Shown piece by piece: positions 41,035 through 54,272 of a stretch of 64,000 nucleotides of DNA. Source of the DNA: Antechinus flavipes (lineage: Eukaryota); NCBI RefSeq assembly GCF_016432865.1, contig NC_067402.1:147932001-147996000 (forward strand). The letters run 5' to 3'. The notes below the pieces were generated by a model, which was not told where the DNA came from, did no database searches, and saw nothing but the letters and a program-made list of their open reading frames with translations. The position numbers and the translations under genes are program-made. The stretch's first letter is position 1, and each line of letters opens with the position of its first letter.

Positions 41035-42308
41035 ATATATTATTACTGTTAGAACAAAGATTTCTTAGTATGTTTAGAATAGTTGAATAAAAAATACTTG
41101 ATAGCAGAAATAAAGTCTTTAAGTAAAGCTGATATTGATAGGCATGCAGTAAGTTAAATTAGCAAAAAACTGAACTATATGTGTATGAGAAGTATATTTT
41201 ATCAAAATATTGATGACATCTTTAAATGCTTTTAAGGAGCAGCAAATATTCAGATCATTTTTGAAATTCAAGCCTATTATAGAACATATAATGCTTTCAC
41301 AGGACATAAATTCTGTCATTTGGATGGTGAATCACAGTAATAATTTTATTTGGGAGATCCTGTGTATGTATTTTATTATAATTTCTTATTTTGACATTTC
41401 CCTTCCTTTATCCTGCCCTACTATCAATTTACTTATTTTAATTCAAATTCATTGTAGCCTTGGTTGTTGAAATTTTTTTTTGATTAAAAAATGAAAATAA
41501 ACAAAAATAATGCAGCAGCAAATTTCCTTGAGACTTCAGGATATAAACCACTAAAGACTTTGCTTTATTTCAGAGTTTTAATGGCTATTTTGCTCTGTGT
41601 TCAGTACATGGATTACAGGTCTTTAAATATGTATCGGAAAAGATGCTTGAATTTCCTCTTTCAATAATAGGCTGCTGAGGATATAAATGAAAGATTGAAT
41701 GATGTTGTAGACAGAGGGCCTATTCTTGAAGTTACAAAAGCTCTAGGTAAACAACCTACTTCTGATACATACAAGCTACATCACCATGTACAAGGTGCCT
41801 AGCTTCTCAAGGCTCCAGAAAATCTGACTATAAAGTATAAATGAGTTTAGCTGTTCATTGGGGGAGAGAGTTCTCATATCTGGGGATACCTTAGTACATT
41901 TAGTTCTCTTATACAATGAAATAACAAATCACTCTTTGGCTATGGATTCATAGCACATGAAATGGAGAAATATGGCTGGTTAATGTGATGAAAACTCCTT
42001 CCCCACTCTTGCTTTATGCCTTGTATATTTTCTAGGTGAGAATTTAAAGTTTGTTTGCTTTTGAATCAAATAATGCTTACATTTATACCTTTTTTCAATG
42101 ACAAGAATTTGTATTTGTTTTTCCCTATATAAAATAGATGTAAATCTATTGATCTAATGAAAAACATGTGAAAAGGAACCTTTGTTTTTGTGTGAGCTGA
42201 TACTTAACATGGATTTTTGATTTGAACCTAATGGCCAGTCATTGTTTTTCATGGTATACTATAAATGTTTGTTAAACTGAATCGAAAGAATATTGTGATA
42301 AGGAAGAC

Positions 42309-42330
42309 ATATATATATATATATATATAT
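42309..42330. repeat. (AT)n microsatellite
   Basis: Direct inspection. Confidence 0.95.
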
Positions 42331-42944
42331 GTTTAACCATAAATGTCTGATCCCAAATTAAGTTTTAGAATTTATTCATTAAGTTACTTGCTTTGCTTCA
42401 TCAGAATGCAAGTAATCTTGTTCAGAAGTGGTTGTCCTATTTTAAATATCAACCAGAGAAACAATTCATTTAGTTTTAATAAGATCTTCATTGTGCCTGA
42501 AAGCTGTGTGTCTTGGGAATGCCAAAATATAGAAGATCATGTTTAAAAAGCACAGCCTGTTTTTGGAGAAATAGCAAGGAAACCTGAGTGTTTTTTAGGG
42601 GGAGTAGGTATAATGCAAAACTAAAAAATTTCTTTTTGTTTCCTATTACTTTTGCTTGGTAAAACATGCAAAGAAAATGAAAATGAGTCTATCCTAAAAC
42701 CCAGTATATTGCATCGTCACACTTAAAGTTGATGATCATAATCACTATCTGAGATCTTATAGCTAAATCAAGAATCAACACTAGTGGCCTTTCTCTCATA
42801 TCAAGGTTTGGCTCAAAAGTGTCTTCCTACATTAGGCCTTTTCTTATTCATCCAGATGTCATTATCTTCCAAAATTACCTAGTATTTATTTTGTATGTAT
42901 TCTGTATATATTAATATGCATTTCCACATACCATTTTAGTCACT

Positions 42945-43175
42945 TTCAGTTCCATCTAACTTTTTGGTACCCTATTTGAGATTTTCTTGTTCAAAATATT
43001 GGAATGGTTTAACATTTCCTTCTCCAGCTCATTTTACAGAGGAGGAAACTGAGGAAACAAGATTAAGTGCTTTGTCCTGAGTCATACAATTAGTAGGTGT
43101 CTGAGGCCAAATTTGAACTTGGGAAGGTGCAACTTCCTGACTCCAAGTCTTGGTTCTCTATTCACTTTGCAGTTA
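42945..43175 (-). mobile_element. Mar1-type CORE-SINE
   Basis: tttccttctccagctcattttacagaggaggaaactgagg...gtgtctgaggccaaatttgaacttggg. Confidence 0.8.
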
Positions 43176-43384
43176 CTCCATTCAAATGAAGTAATAATTA
43201 TAAAGTTCTTCACATAGTGCCTAATATATTAAGTGTCTTATATATGTTTATTATTATTGTTTCCCTTTTATTAGGAGCACTGGTCAGACATTACATTCTA
43301 TTTACATGTTTAAAGAACCCAGTCACATTAAGATGAAACATCTGAATAGAATGCTAGGCCCTGATAGTCTATCCACTGGGCCAC

Positions 43385-43631
43385 CTAGCTGTCTCTGTCT
43401 TTCTGTCTCTGTCTCTCCCCATCTCCCTTCCTTTCCTCCTTCTCTCTCTTTCTCTCTCTCTCCCCCTATCTTTCTCTTTCTCCTTCCCTTCTTCCTTCTT
43501 TCTCTTTCCTCTCTCTCCCTCAATCCCTCTCTTTCTCTCCTCTCTCTCCCTCCCTTCCTTATTCCCTCTCTCTTCTACCCCCTCTCTCTTTCTTCCCTCT
43601 CTTCCTTCCTCCTCCCCCTCTCTTTTTCTTT
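43385..43631. repeat. CT-rich low-complexity tract running into a gap
   Basis: Near-pure pyrimidine sequence. Confidence 0.95.
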
Positions 43632-44032
43632 NNNNNNNNNNNNNNNNNNNNNNNNNNNNNNNNNNNNNNNNNNNNNNNNNNNNNNNNNNNNNNNNNNNNN
43701 NNNNNNNNNNNNNNNNNNNNNNNNNNNNNNNNNNNNNNNNNNNNNNNNNNNNNNNNNNNNNNNNNNNNNNNNNNNNNNNNNNNNNNNNNNNNNNNNNNNN
43801 NNNNNNNNNNNNNNNNNNNNNNNNNNNNNNNNNNNNNNNNNNNNNNNNNNNNNNNNNNNNNNNNNNNNNNNNNNNNNNNNNNNNNNNNNNNNNNNNNNNN
43901 NNNNNNNNNNNNNNNNNNNNNNNNNNNNNNNNNNNNNNNNNNNNNNNNNNNNNNNNNNNNNNNNNNNNNNNNNNNNNNNNNNNNNNNNNNNNNNNNNNNN
44001 NNNNNNNNNNNNNNNNNNNNNNNNNNNNNNNN
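43632..44032. other. Assembly gap (401 N)
   Basis: Run of N. Confidence 1.
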
Positions 44033-47000
44033 GATGGGACTGTTTAATTTTTTTAAATTTCTCTTTCCTAGTTCAGAACATGGCTCATAGAAGATATTTA
44101 AATGCTTACTGATTGCTTACTACTTAATTATTAAACAAATGTTTTGGTTGCAGAAAGAAGAACCATAGTCTGGCAGAAGTAAACAAATAAAGATCAGCAA
44201 TTTTGTTACTTGTGGATATGTTTAAGAAACAAGGAAACAAATTTCAAAACTTCATTTGGTCTTTTTGTTCTTGTCTTCACGTCATTTGCATGATAAGCAA
44301 ATTGGATCTTGGGAGTGAGTGAGTAACCCAAATTATTCACAGATTTCTGCTTTTTAATTAAAAAAATTATTATTATTTTCAGCAGTTACTGTAATCAGAT
44401 TTGGAGATGTAGAGTGATTGGGTTAAATAGTTTAAAAATTTTAAGTAACATAATTGAAGTGTGGAAACAAGAAAGTTCTACTTGGTTCTTCGCTAAACTC
44501 TCATAGATGTAGAGGCACGACATCTCACACTTATTTGGGGTTTTTTGTGGCCTTTATCACTTTTGTGTTCCCTTCACTTAACATTGACCTTGTGAACAAA
44601 ATCTTCTGGACGCCCAGAAAATTATGGGGAGAAGCAATAGAGCCTGCTGGAAGATACAAATATAGCAGCAGCATATGCTGGTAGTTGACTTGTGGAAAGA
44701 AAGGAAGGTCGATGGAAAAAAAAAATCCTTTTTGGTATCTGATTGGTTTGATCATTGGAGGCCAAAAGCAGATTCACAAAGAAACTATTAGTGTCCCAAA
44801 GAGTCTTGAATTATACTAATAGGGATAGATGCTGATTCTGTTCTAATCATTCTATAACTCCCTTTCTGTGTGGGAATAACTACTCTCTCCATATCTTATT
44901 TATACAATGCTTTTCTATTTTGTGTATGTTTGAGGGAACCACAGACTAGAATCAAAGGTGGATTTGTTCCTTTGGAATCCAGACTGAGGGTAGAATAAAG
45001 CACTGAGAGCCATGTTATCTGAGAACTCAGGCCATGCCATATGGATTAATCCAAAGCAAATTAAATTGAGAGAGAAAGTAAAAGATAGGGATTGGCTCAG
45101 ACTGACAACCCATGTGGCCCTAGGCAAGAGATACCTTAGCTAATCAGTATGTTAGATAAGACTTGCTTTTCTACAAGTAAGGTGGTTGGTGATCATTTTA
45201 TAGGGATTATTATCCTGGCTGTAAGAAGAAATTGGCTCTGAGCAGAGTTTAGAGTGGGAATACATGTGGTTCCAGCTAAAGTAGAGGCTGAATCAGGTCA
45301 GGAGTTCTGAATCCTTAAATTACTCCTGTGTCTATAAACTTGACATTATAATAGTTATTCTGAAAGTGGAAGGGCCATTGAATTTTTTGGAGAGGGACAA
45401 ATCTGCCTGGTCAGGACCAAGGAAAAACTCCTGTATCAACTAGAGTGAACCCAGAGTTATCTCCAATGGCTATTGGAGTAGAACTATATGGAGTGATATC
45501 TTTAAGAGTTTGGTCCAACTATTCAGATACACACACATACACACAAACATAATGGATAAAGAATGCTTATATTACATATCTAATAAAACTGTTCCATCAA
45601 TAAATTTATGGTGGACAAACAGTATATGGACAATTGGACTCTGAACTGAACAGGAAGATGAAAGTAAGTTTTATTGTCTTTGGGAGATTTTGTAGTGTTC
45701 TTAATGACTCCAAACGTCACCCCAGAACAAAAGGATTGTCTTTTTTGGAAATAACATTCCACTGAGAGGCAGCAGGGCTGGCCTTGGAATCTAGTAGATT
45801 TGAGGTTAAGTTCTTTCTTTGAGGTAGAAACTCTAGCCAAGTCATTTAAGCATCCCTGATTAACATTAAAACATTACAAGTTCCAAGCAGAGAGGTTTCA
45901 CATTGTTGTGGGGTATGGAGTTTCCTATACAAGTGAATTCACAGCTTTGAATCCTTGCCTCTTCCTTTTGTATTCTCTGACTTCTTTCATGTCTCAGTGA
46001 AAACTCTACCATCTGTAAGAAGACTTTCCTTGTTCTCTTTAATGCTGGTAATCTGAGATTATCTTTAGATTATCCAGCACAGATCAAGTTTGTACATAAT
46101 TGTCTGCTCATCTCTCCTATTAACCTATGAGCCTTTTGGAATCAGGGACTATTTTTATTTCTCTTTGCACCCCCAGCTCATTGCACACAGTAGGATCCTA
46201 ATGAATTTTTATTGACTTGAAATGTTAGTCTACAAAAAACTGAAATTATAGGTCATCCAAAGGCCTGGAGACATATATAGTGAGTGGAGTAGACTGCAGA
46301 ACACTGACAACAGAACATAAGGATAATGAATGTTTAGTATAAGGATCTGAACTGGCTCTGAGAGGTGACTCCCAGGTGACTTCCAGGACTTGAGCTATAT
46401 AAATCATATAGTTCAGAGCAAAGTATAACTAAAGGTTAGCCCATGCACTTTACTGATATTCACATAATGTCAATAAATTTAGAGGTGATACCTTAGCAGG
46501 CTGGGTAACACTCCCCACCCCCTCAAAAAAAATCCAAAAAAACAAAAAAACAAAAAAAACCAAACAACCTTATGGGATGTCTTGGGCAGGAGTTGCAAAG
46601 GAAAAAATAGCAATATCAAGGTTTCAGTATATGTCACTGTAGGGAGACCTCACATCAATGAGATCATAGATTCTCAGAAGTCACAATATTATAAAAATCT
46701 CAAAAGCCAAATGCTCATTGAAGGTGATATAAAAGATATTTATCAGTGAAAAAGAATTTGCTCATAGTTTAAGAAGAAACAAATTAAACAATGAGACTTT
46801 CCTAGGACTAAAAGGCCTGATAAGTAGGAAATTAATTCTGGAGCTATGAGTTAGCTTCTATGCTTCTATGAAGCTACAACTTGGTCATCATTTATCTGGT
46901 TAAAGTGTCTCGTGAGACAACCATAATACCACAAATATTGGTCTTGGTATCTTTTTAGAAAAGAAAAAAAAAACCTTCTCTATATGGGCAACAGGCAGGG

Positions 47001-48468
47001 ATTTTGGCAGCCTTCTCTCTCACTGTCTCCTTCTCTTAATGGTTTATCATTTTTCCTTTCTAAGCTGAAGGTTTTCTTGAGTGATTTGTGGAACATCTCA
47101 TGGAAAAGGAAGATACATTTAACCATGAATGTCAAAAGCTGAAATTAAATCTCAGAATTTATTATTGTAGCAAGCTGCCTTTGCCCTATTAAAAATGCAG
47201 GTGAATTAATAGAAAGGCTATGAAGCCATTTAAAGACTCTCATAAACTTGGTCTCTGAGGAGGAGTTGAAGACAATGGGGAATCTTTCATTTTCTTTATA
47301 TAGATTTGGGCAATCTCAAGATAACTGTACAAACTCTGGGGTGCTAGGTGAGATGCTTCCTGGTGTCTAGGTGAATGTAATGCAGCTGAAGACCAGCTAC
47401 TGGCAAGTAGCTCCATCATGGAGTGAGCAAATTACTAAAAGGAAATTCTTAGTTTATGACTCTTAGTATTCTTCTCTGTAAAATAGGGATAATGATATTT
47501 CACTGCCTATTTTTTTACCAAGTTATGAAGATCAAAGGAAATAATGTATATAAAAATATTTCATGAACTACAAAGCATTATATTAAATATAAATAATCAT
47601 TTAAGCCCTCTTATTCAGGTCCTCATTTATTAACTACAATGCCTAATGACAAATAATTCTCATTAATTCAAAAGAACAAGGCCTAAGTATAGGTGTTTCT
47701 ATATGATAAAATTATGTTAGGTAAATATGGGTTTTTTAGGTAGCTGAAATGAGTACAATTCCTTTTTTTTCAGAAACTTTAATACATCCAAGGATCTTTA
47801 ATGTCATCTCATGTGTATACTCCATCCAAAGGGAGATATTGTGAATTATCTATGGCTTCATATCCCATGTAATTTCTGTCCCTACCTTTCCATAATCATA
47901 GAGATTTACTTAAAACACTGGGGCTCTTCCTCTAAATGTTATGTGGATACCCCTGGAGCAGACATTCATTTATTGTTTTGTATTCTTGCTACATTACCAG
48001 CCCATTTCCTTTCCAAGGTATATGTGACTTTGATGATCTCTTTAATGGTGATTCTGGTGACCTTCATTGGTAATATGCTACAATTATTCCCCTCAAGGAA
48101 GACAATGTGATCTACAACTTTAATTTTTCAGTGACTATGTTATTTCAGATTCTAAGTTACATGGGATCACTGGAAAAATGCTGATTTCAAAAAATGAACC
48201 TCGGTTTTTAGGAAGATTTATAGGGTCATTATTCTGTAAGATTGGGGTCATTACTTTAAAATTTTCAAATACAATTTAGTTCATTCTTTTCTTCCTTTTG
48301 GGGTTCAGTTCATTGTGCATCTGTATAGTTTAGCCAAGAAATACACATACACTCTCACATATATCTATAACTGGACTCATAGGATGCGTATGGACTCATT
48401 GACCATCTGCAATTTAACCAAGGTATGTATGCACTCAAATCCACATATGTTCTCATATATGTACTGAC

Positions 48469-48490
48469 ATATATATATATATATATATAT
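48469..48490. repeat. (AT)n microsatellite
   Basis: Direct inspection. Confidence 0.95.
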
Positions 48491-49012
48491 CCATATCCAT
48501 AAACATAGACATATCCATACACACTGACTCAAGGACCAGTTCAATTCAATATATAGTCAACTTCATAATCTGAGCAATAATCATTCTTCTTCATTCACTT
48601 GATTTTTTTTTTTTTGGTGGATAGTTAGTTTAGGTGGATAGCCTGAAATCTTTTGAGTGATCATTAAACCTCATTTAGGAGGCTTTACAAGATTTTGAGC
48701 CTTGATCTGATAAACAATGTCATCTGCAACAAAAGTGTTGAAAAACAAAAAAAGTTTGTTTACTGGACAACTTCCATGAGAGTAGTAAAAATCTTTGATG
48801 AGGATGTATCTTCCTGTTTTACGTTTTACTTGCTTTTAAGTAGTAATACTGAATAAAGTTCTATTGTGTATTTCAAAGAAATCTTATATTCATTTAATAT
48901 CTATATGGGAGTCTTCTCATTGAGGAAGGCCTTTGGAAGCAGCATTTTCCTCTATTGAATAAAGTGCTTTTTATAGTCAATAGACAATAACTTCAATAAG
49001 GTATTATATTCA

Positions 49013-52000
49013 ATTTAATGGTATGACTGTATGTTACTATAAAGATAGAGCTTCTGATGAAAACTTACTGACCTCTTTTCGTAGTTTTATCAAGAACACT
49101 CCCATTATGGATATAGAATAATCTTAAAGCTTTTTTAAAAAGGAGAAAGAGGTATGTGGTTTGTACTTACTGACTTTTTTTGTTCTCCTTTTTCTGAATA
49201 GCAATGCAGTATATGATTCCCCCTCCCTCCAATTATTAGGCACAATTTTCTCTTTAGAATGTTTTAAAAATCAATATCTTCAAATACCCTCAATCTTTTC
49301 AAATATACTCAAATTGTTTCACCTATCACATGGGTCTTCTTTGCATGTTAGGTTAAGTCTAGCTATTCTCACCAGTTTTGATTTCTTCAATCTCATTCTA
49401 TTTCTTCATGCTTGATTGTGATATTAGAGTCCACATGTGGTTTAATTTCTACTATTTTCATGGTTTCTTGGTTCTACTGATTTCCTTATTGTGGCATTTG
49501 GTTTTTATTAGTTAAAATTTCCTTGGGAATGTTGATAAAATATTTGTCTGTCCTTTATTTCAAATTTGGGATAGTCAATAATTTCTTTATATAGGTCAGG
49601 CTGGAAGTATTGAAATTGAACACTATATCTCATTTTCATTCTCTCTTCTGATTTAATGCTGATTTTGATCTATGTAATAAGTTAAATGTCTGACTATATT
49701 CAGACAGTGATTCCAAAGTGATTACCAAATTGGCAACCAGTCATTTTGCTCTACGAGAGCAGAGACTGTCTCATTTTTTGGTGTTTTTATTTCTATTGTC
49801 AAAGATAGTACCTGGTACATAGTAGATGTTTAATGAATATTTGTTGATTAATTTCCTGTCTGTTAAAAATAAAAAAAAATATCATTTTCATCATGTTATA
49901 TGTTTCTAGTAATGTCTGGTGCCTCTTAACTTTCTTCTGTTCATGATATAGAGTGGTAAGGCTTTTATATTATCTAAACTACTTTAGTCTCTTTCATTTC
50001 TTAATAAAGAATAGTATTTTCCCAGCATATTTTTCACTCTTCTGCTATGTTTTCACTAAAATCTTCAAATATTTAAAATGTTTTACACACATATGTACAT
50101 GTATATTTAAAATAAAAAATTATTCTGGAAGATTTTATTAACTTCTTTCTGGAGTGTATTTTCCCTTATTCTCTACTGTTTATTTTCCCTTATTCTTTAC
50201 AACAAATAAAAGATAAATATGCTATAATTATCTTCTTGGTAGTCTCTTTGCAAATACTTTTCACAAGCACTGCAATGTAACTATCCTCTGCAATGGTGTT
50301 TCTTGTTGCCAGGATAAAATGAATATCACCACTATCATAATTTACCCCTTCTAGGACATCCTTCCATTTACTTGCAACTTCCACTTGTCTTTTGGTTTAA
50401 AGGTTAAGACTGACATGATTCAGCTTCACACTCCTGGTCACTACATAAAGATCTTACATTTAAAACAACCATTTTTAATTGAGTTTTTTAGCCTATTAAG
50501 AAACTGATTTTTAGCTCTCTCTGCCTCCTTTTTAATCAATGCTTCCCATTCTACATGGTAGGGAGTTGATTACCATTGAGCGCCAATTTGCATTTCATAC
50601 ATCACCATGAACAAATAAATCATCACTTCCTTTGTACTTTGGTAGGCTAGTAATCTATTGTGGAGGCGATATGTGAATCTTTTCCAGTAAGATCTTTACA
50701 CAAGTTTCTTCATCTATAAAATGGGGATAATTATAGCATCTGCCTTGCAGGGTAGTTATAAGGATCAAATGAGATTTTGTTATTGTTGCTGTTCAGTTGT
50801 TTTAAGTTCTGATTATTCGTGAACCCACTTGATATTCTTGTCAAAGATACTGGAATGATTTGCCATTTCCTTCTCCAGCTCATTTTATAGATGAGGAAAT
50901 TGAGACAAATGGGATTAAGTGACTTGTATAATGTCTGAGGCTGGATTTGAATTCAGGCCTTCTCTCTTCACTAGGTCACCTTGCTGCCCCATTGAAATAA
51001 GAACACACTGTTTAACCCATACTAAGTGTTATATAATGTTAATTATTGTTGATGTTTTCCTTCTACTGGGAGCACTGGCTGGTGATCTTACTTTACTGGG
51101 ATGTTTTAAGACTCCATCCATGCTAGGATGAAGCATCTGAGAAGGGGTTTTGTTGAAATTTTATAACTCTTCTTTAATTAAGTTATTCATACTTTTTAAT
51201 TAAGATCTCCTTTCTCAAATGCAGTATGTTCTAATTTGCAAGGTTTTTATAGCATGTTTCTTTTATGCTGCCTATGACATTCCAACTATTTGATCCTAGG
51301 TGAATTACTAAATCTCTCAAGTTGTTGGAAATTCTTTTAGTTAAAAATTGCAAAAGAAGGTGTTGACTGCACTGGTAGAGGAAGTTTTCCCATCTAGGAA
51401 TTCCCTGTAGCCATGAAATCACAGGATTAGTTCCTATTCCTATCCTTGTTTTGGGAAAGACTTTTATTCTAAAGATGAATTTTTTTAAAAAAAATTAAAG
51501 CTGTCTGTCTTGATTTTGTTATATTGTATGAAATATCTGATGAGTGGGGACTTGCCAGAAGTTTAAGTATATTACCAAGCGAATAAGGCATTTACTAAGC
51601 AAATGAATACTGTCAAGAAGATAAGGAGAATGTTTTCCTATTTAATGGTATGACTGTATGTTACTATAAAGATAGAGCTTCTGATGAAAACTTACTGACC
51701 TCTTTTCGTAGTTTTATCAAGAACACTCCCATTATGGATATAGAATAATCTTAAAGCTTTTTTAAAAAGGAGAAAGAGGTATGTGGTTTGTACTTACTGA
51801 CTTTTTTTGTTCTCCTTTTTCTGAATAGCAATGCAGTATATGATTCCCCCTCCCTCCAATTATTAGGCACAATTTTCTCTTTAGAATGTTTTAAAAATCA
51901 ATATCTTCAAATACCCTCAATCTTTTCAAATATACTCAAATTGTTTCACCTATCACATGGGTCTTCTTTGCATGTTAGGTTAAGTCTAGCTATTCTCACC

Positions 52001-54272
52001 AGTTTTGATTTCTTCAATCTCATTCTATTTCTTCATGCTTGATTGTGATATTAGAGTCCACATGTGGTTTAATTTCTACTATTTTCATGGTTTCTTGGTT
52101 CTACTGATTTCCTTATTGTGGCATTTGGTTTTTATTAGTTAAAATTTCCTTGGGAATGTTGATAAAATATTTGTCTGTCCTTTATTTCAAATTTGGGATA
52201 GTCAATAATTTCTTTATATAGGTCAGGCTGGAAGTATTGAAATTGAACACTATATCTCATTTTCATTCTCTCTTCTGATTTAATGCTGATTTTGATCTAT
52301 GTAATAAGTTAAATGTCTGACTATATTCAGACAGTGATTCCAAAGTGATTACTAAATTGGCAACCAGTCATTTTGCTCTACGAGAGCAGAGACTGTCTCA
52401 TTTTTTGGTGTTTTTATTTCTATTGTCAAAGATAGTACCTGGTACATAGTAGATGTTTAATGAATATTTGTTGATTAATTTCCTGTCTGTTAAAAATAAA
52501 AAAAAATATCATTTTCATCATGTTATATGTTTCTAGTAATGTCTGGTGCCTCTTAACTTTCTTCTGTTCATGATATAGAGTGGTAAGGCTTTTATATTAT
52601 CTAAACTACTTTAGTCTCTTTCATTTCTTAATAAAGAATAGTATTTTCCCAGCATATTTTTCACTCTTCTGCTATGTTTTCACTAAAATCTTCAAATATT
52701 TAAAATGTTTTACACACATATGTACATGTATATTTAAAATAAAAAATTATTCTGGAAGATTTTATTAACTTCTTTCTGGAGTGTATTTTCCCTTATTCTC
52801 TACTGTTTATTTTCCCTTATTCTTTACAACAAATAAAAGATAAATATGCTATAATTATCTTCTTGGTAGTCTCTTTGCAAATACTTTTCACAAGCACTGC
52901 AATGTAACTATCCTCTGCAATGGTGTTTCTTGTTGCCAGGATAAAATGAATATCACCACTATCATAATTTACCCCTTCTAGGACATCCTTCCATTTACTT
53001 GCAACTTCCACTTGTCTTTTGGTTTAAAGGTTAAGACTGACATGATTCAGCTTCACACTCCTGGTCACTACATAAAGATCTTACATTTAAAACAACCATT
53101 TTTAATTGAGTTTTTTAGCCTATTAAGAAACTGATTTTTAGCTCTCTCTGCCTCCTTTTTAATCAATGCTTCCCATTCTACATGGTAGGGAGTTGATTAC
53201 CATTGAGCGCCAATTTGCATTTCATACATCACCATGAACAAATAAATCATCACTTCCTTTGTACTTTGGTAGGCTAGTAATCTATTGTGGAGGCGATATG
53301 TGAATCTTTTCCAGTAAGATCTTTACACAAGTTTCTTCATCTATAAAATGGGGATAATTATAGCATCTGCCTTGCAGGGTAGTTATAAGGATCAAATGAG
53401 ATTTTGTTATTGTTGCTGTTCAGTTGTTTTAAGTTCTGATTATTCGTGAACCCACTTGATATTCTTGTCAAAGATACTGGAATGATTTGCCATTTCCTTC
53501 TCCAGCTCATTTTATAGATGAGGAAATTGAGACAAATGGGATTAAGTGACTTGTATAATGTCTGAGGCTGGATTTGAATTCAGGCCTTCTCTCTTCACTA
53601 GGTCACCTTGCTGCCCCATTGAAATAAGAACACACTGTTTAACCCATACTAAGTGTTATATAATGTTAATTATTGTTGATGTTTTCCTTCTACTGGGAGC
53701 ACTGGCTGGTGATCTTACTTTACTGGGATGTTTTAAGACTCCATCCATGCTAGGATGAAGCATCTGAGAAGGGGTTTTGTTGAAATTTTATAACTCTTCT
53801 TTAATTAAGTTATTCATACTTTTTAATTAAGATCTCCTTTCTCAAATGCAGTATGTTCTAATTTGCAAGGTTTTTATAGCATGTTTCTTTTATGCTGCCT
53901 ATGACATTCCAACTATTTGATCCTAGGTGAATTACTAAATCTCTCAAGTTGTTGGAAATTCTTTTAGTTAAAAATTGCAAAAGAAGGTGTTGACTGCACT
54001 GGTAGAGGAAGTTTTCCCATCTAGGAATTCCCTGTAGCCATGAAATCACAGGATTAGTTCCTATTCCTATCCTTGTTTTGGGAAAGACTTTTATTCTAAA
54101 GATGATTTTTTTTAAAAAAAATTAAAGCTGTCTTCTTGATTTTGTTATATTGTATGAAATATCTGATGAGTGGGGACTTGCCAGAAGTTTAAGTATATTA
54201 CCAAGCGAATAAGGCATTTACTAAGCAAATGAATACTGTCAAGAAGATAAGGAGAATGTTTTCCTATTTAAT
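49013..54272 (+). repeat. Near-identical tandem duplication, unit ~2627 bp (49013-51639 and 51640-54265), with 7-bp junction microhomology ATTTAAT
   Basis: Five ORF-track entries recur identically at +2627. Differences seen: C49726/T52353, A51479/T54106, and G51507 missing in copy 2. Confidence 0.97.
50780..50985 (-). mobile_element. Mar1-type CORE-SINE (duplicated at about 53407-53612)
   Basis: gatactggaatgatttgccatttccttctccagctcattttatagatgaggaaattgag...tgtctgaggctggatttgaattcagg. Confidence 0.8.

Noticed and set aside
40831-41052. 73-aa ORF
   Set aside because: Almost entirely N gap.
43306-44112. Longest ORF in the track (268 aa)
   Set aside because: Artefact of a CT-rich tract plus 401 N bases.
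50190-50384. 64-aa ORF present twice (also 52817-53011)
   Set aside because: Recurrence is explained by the tandem duplication; non-ATG start and no recognisable homology.
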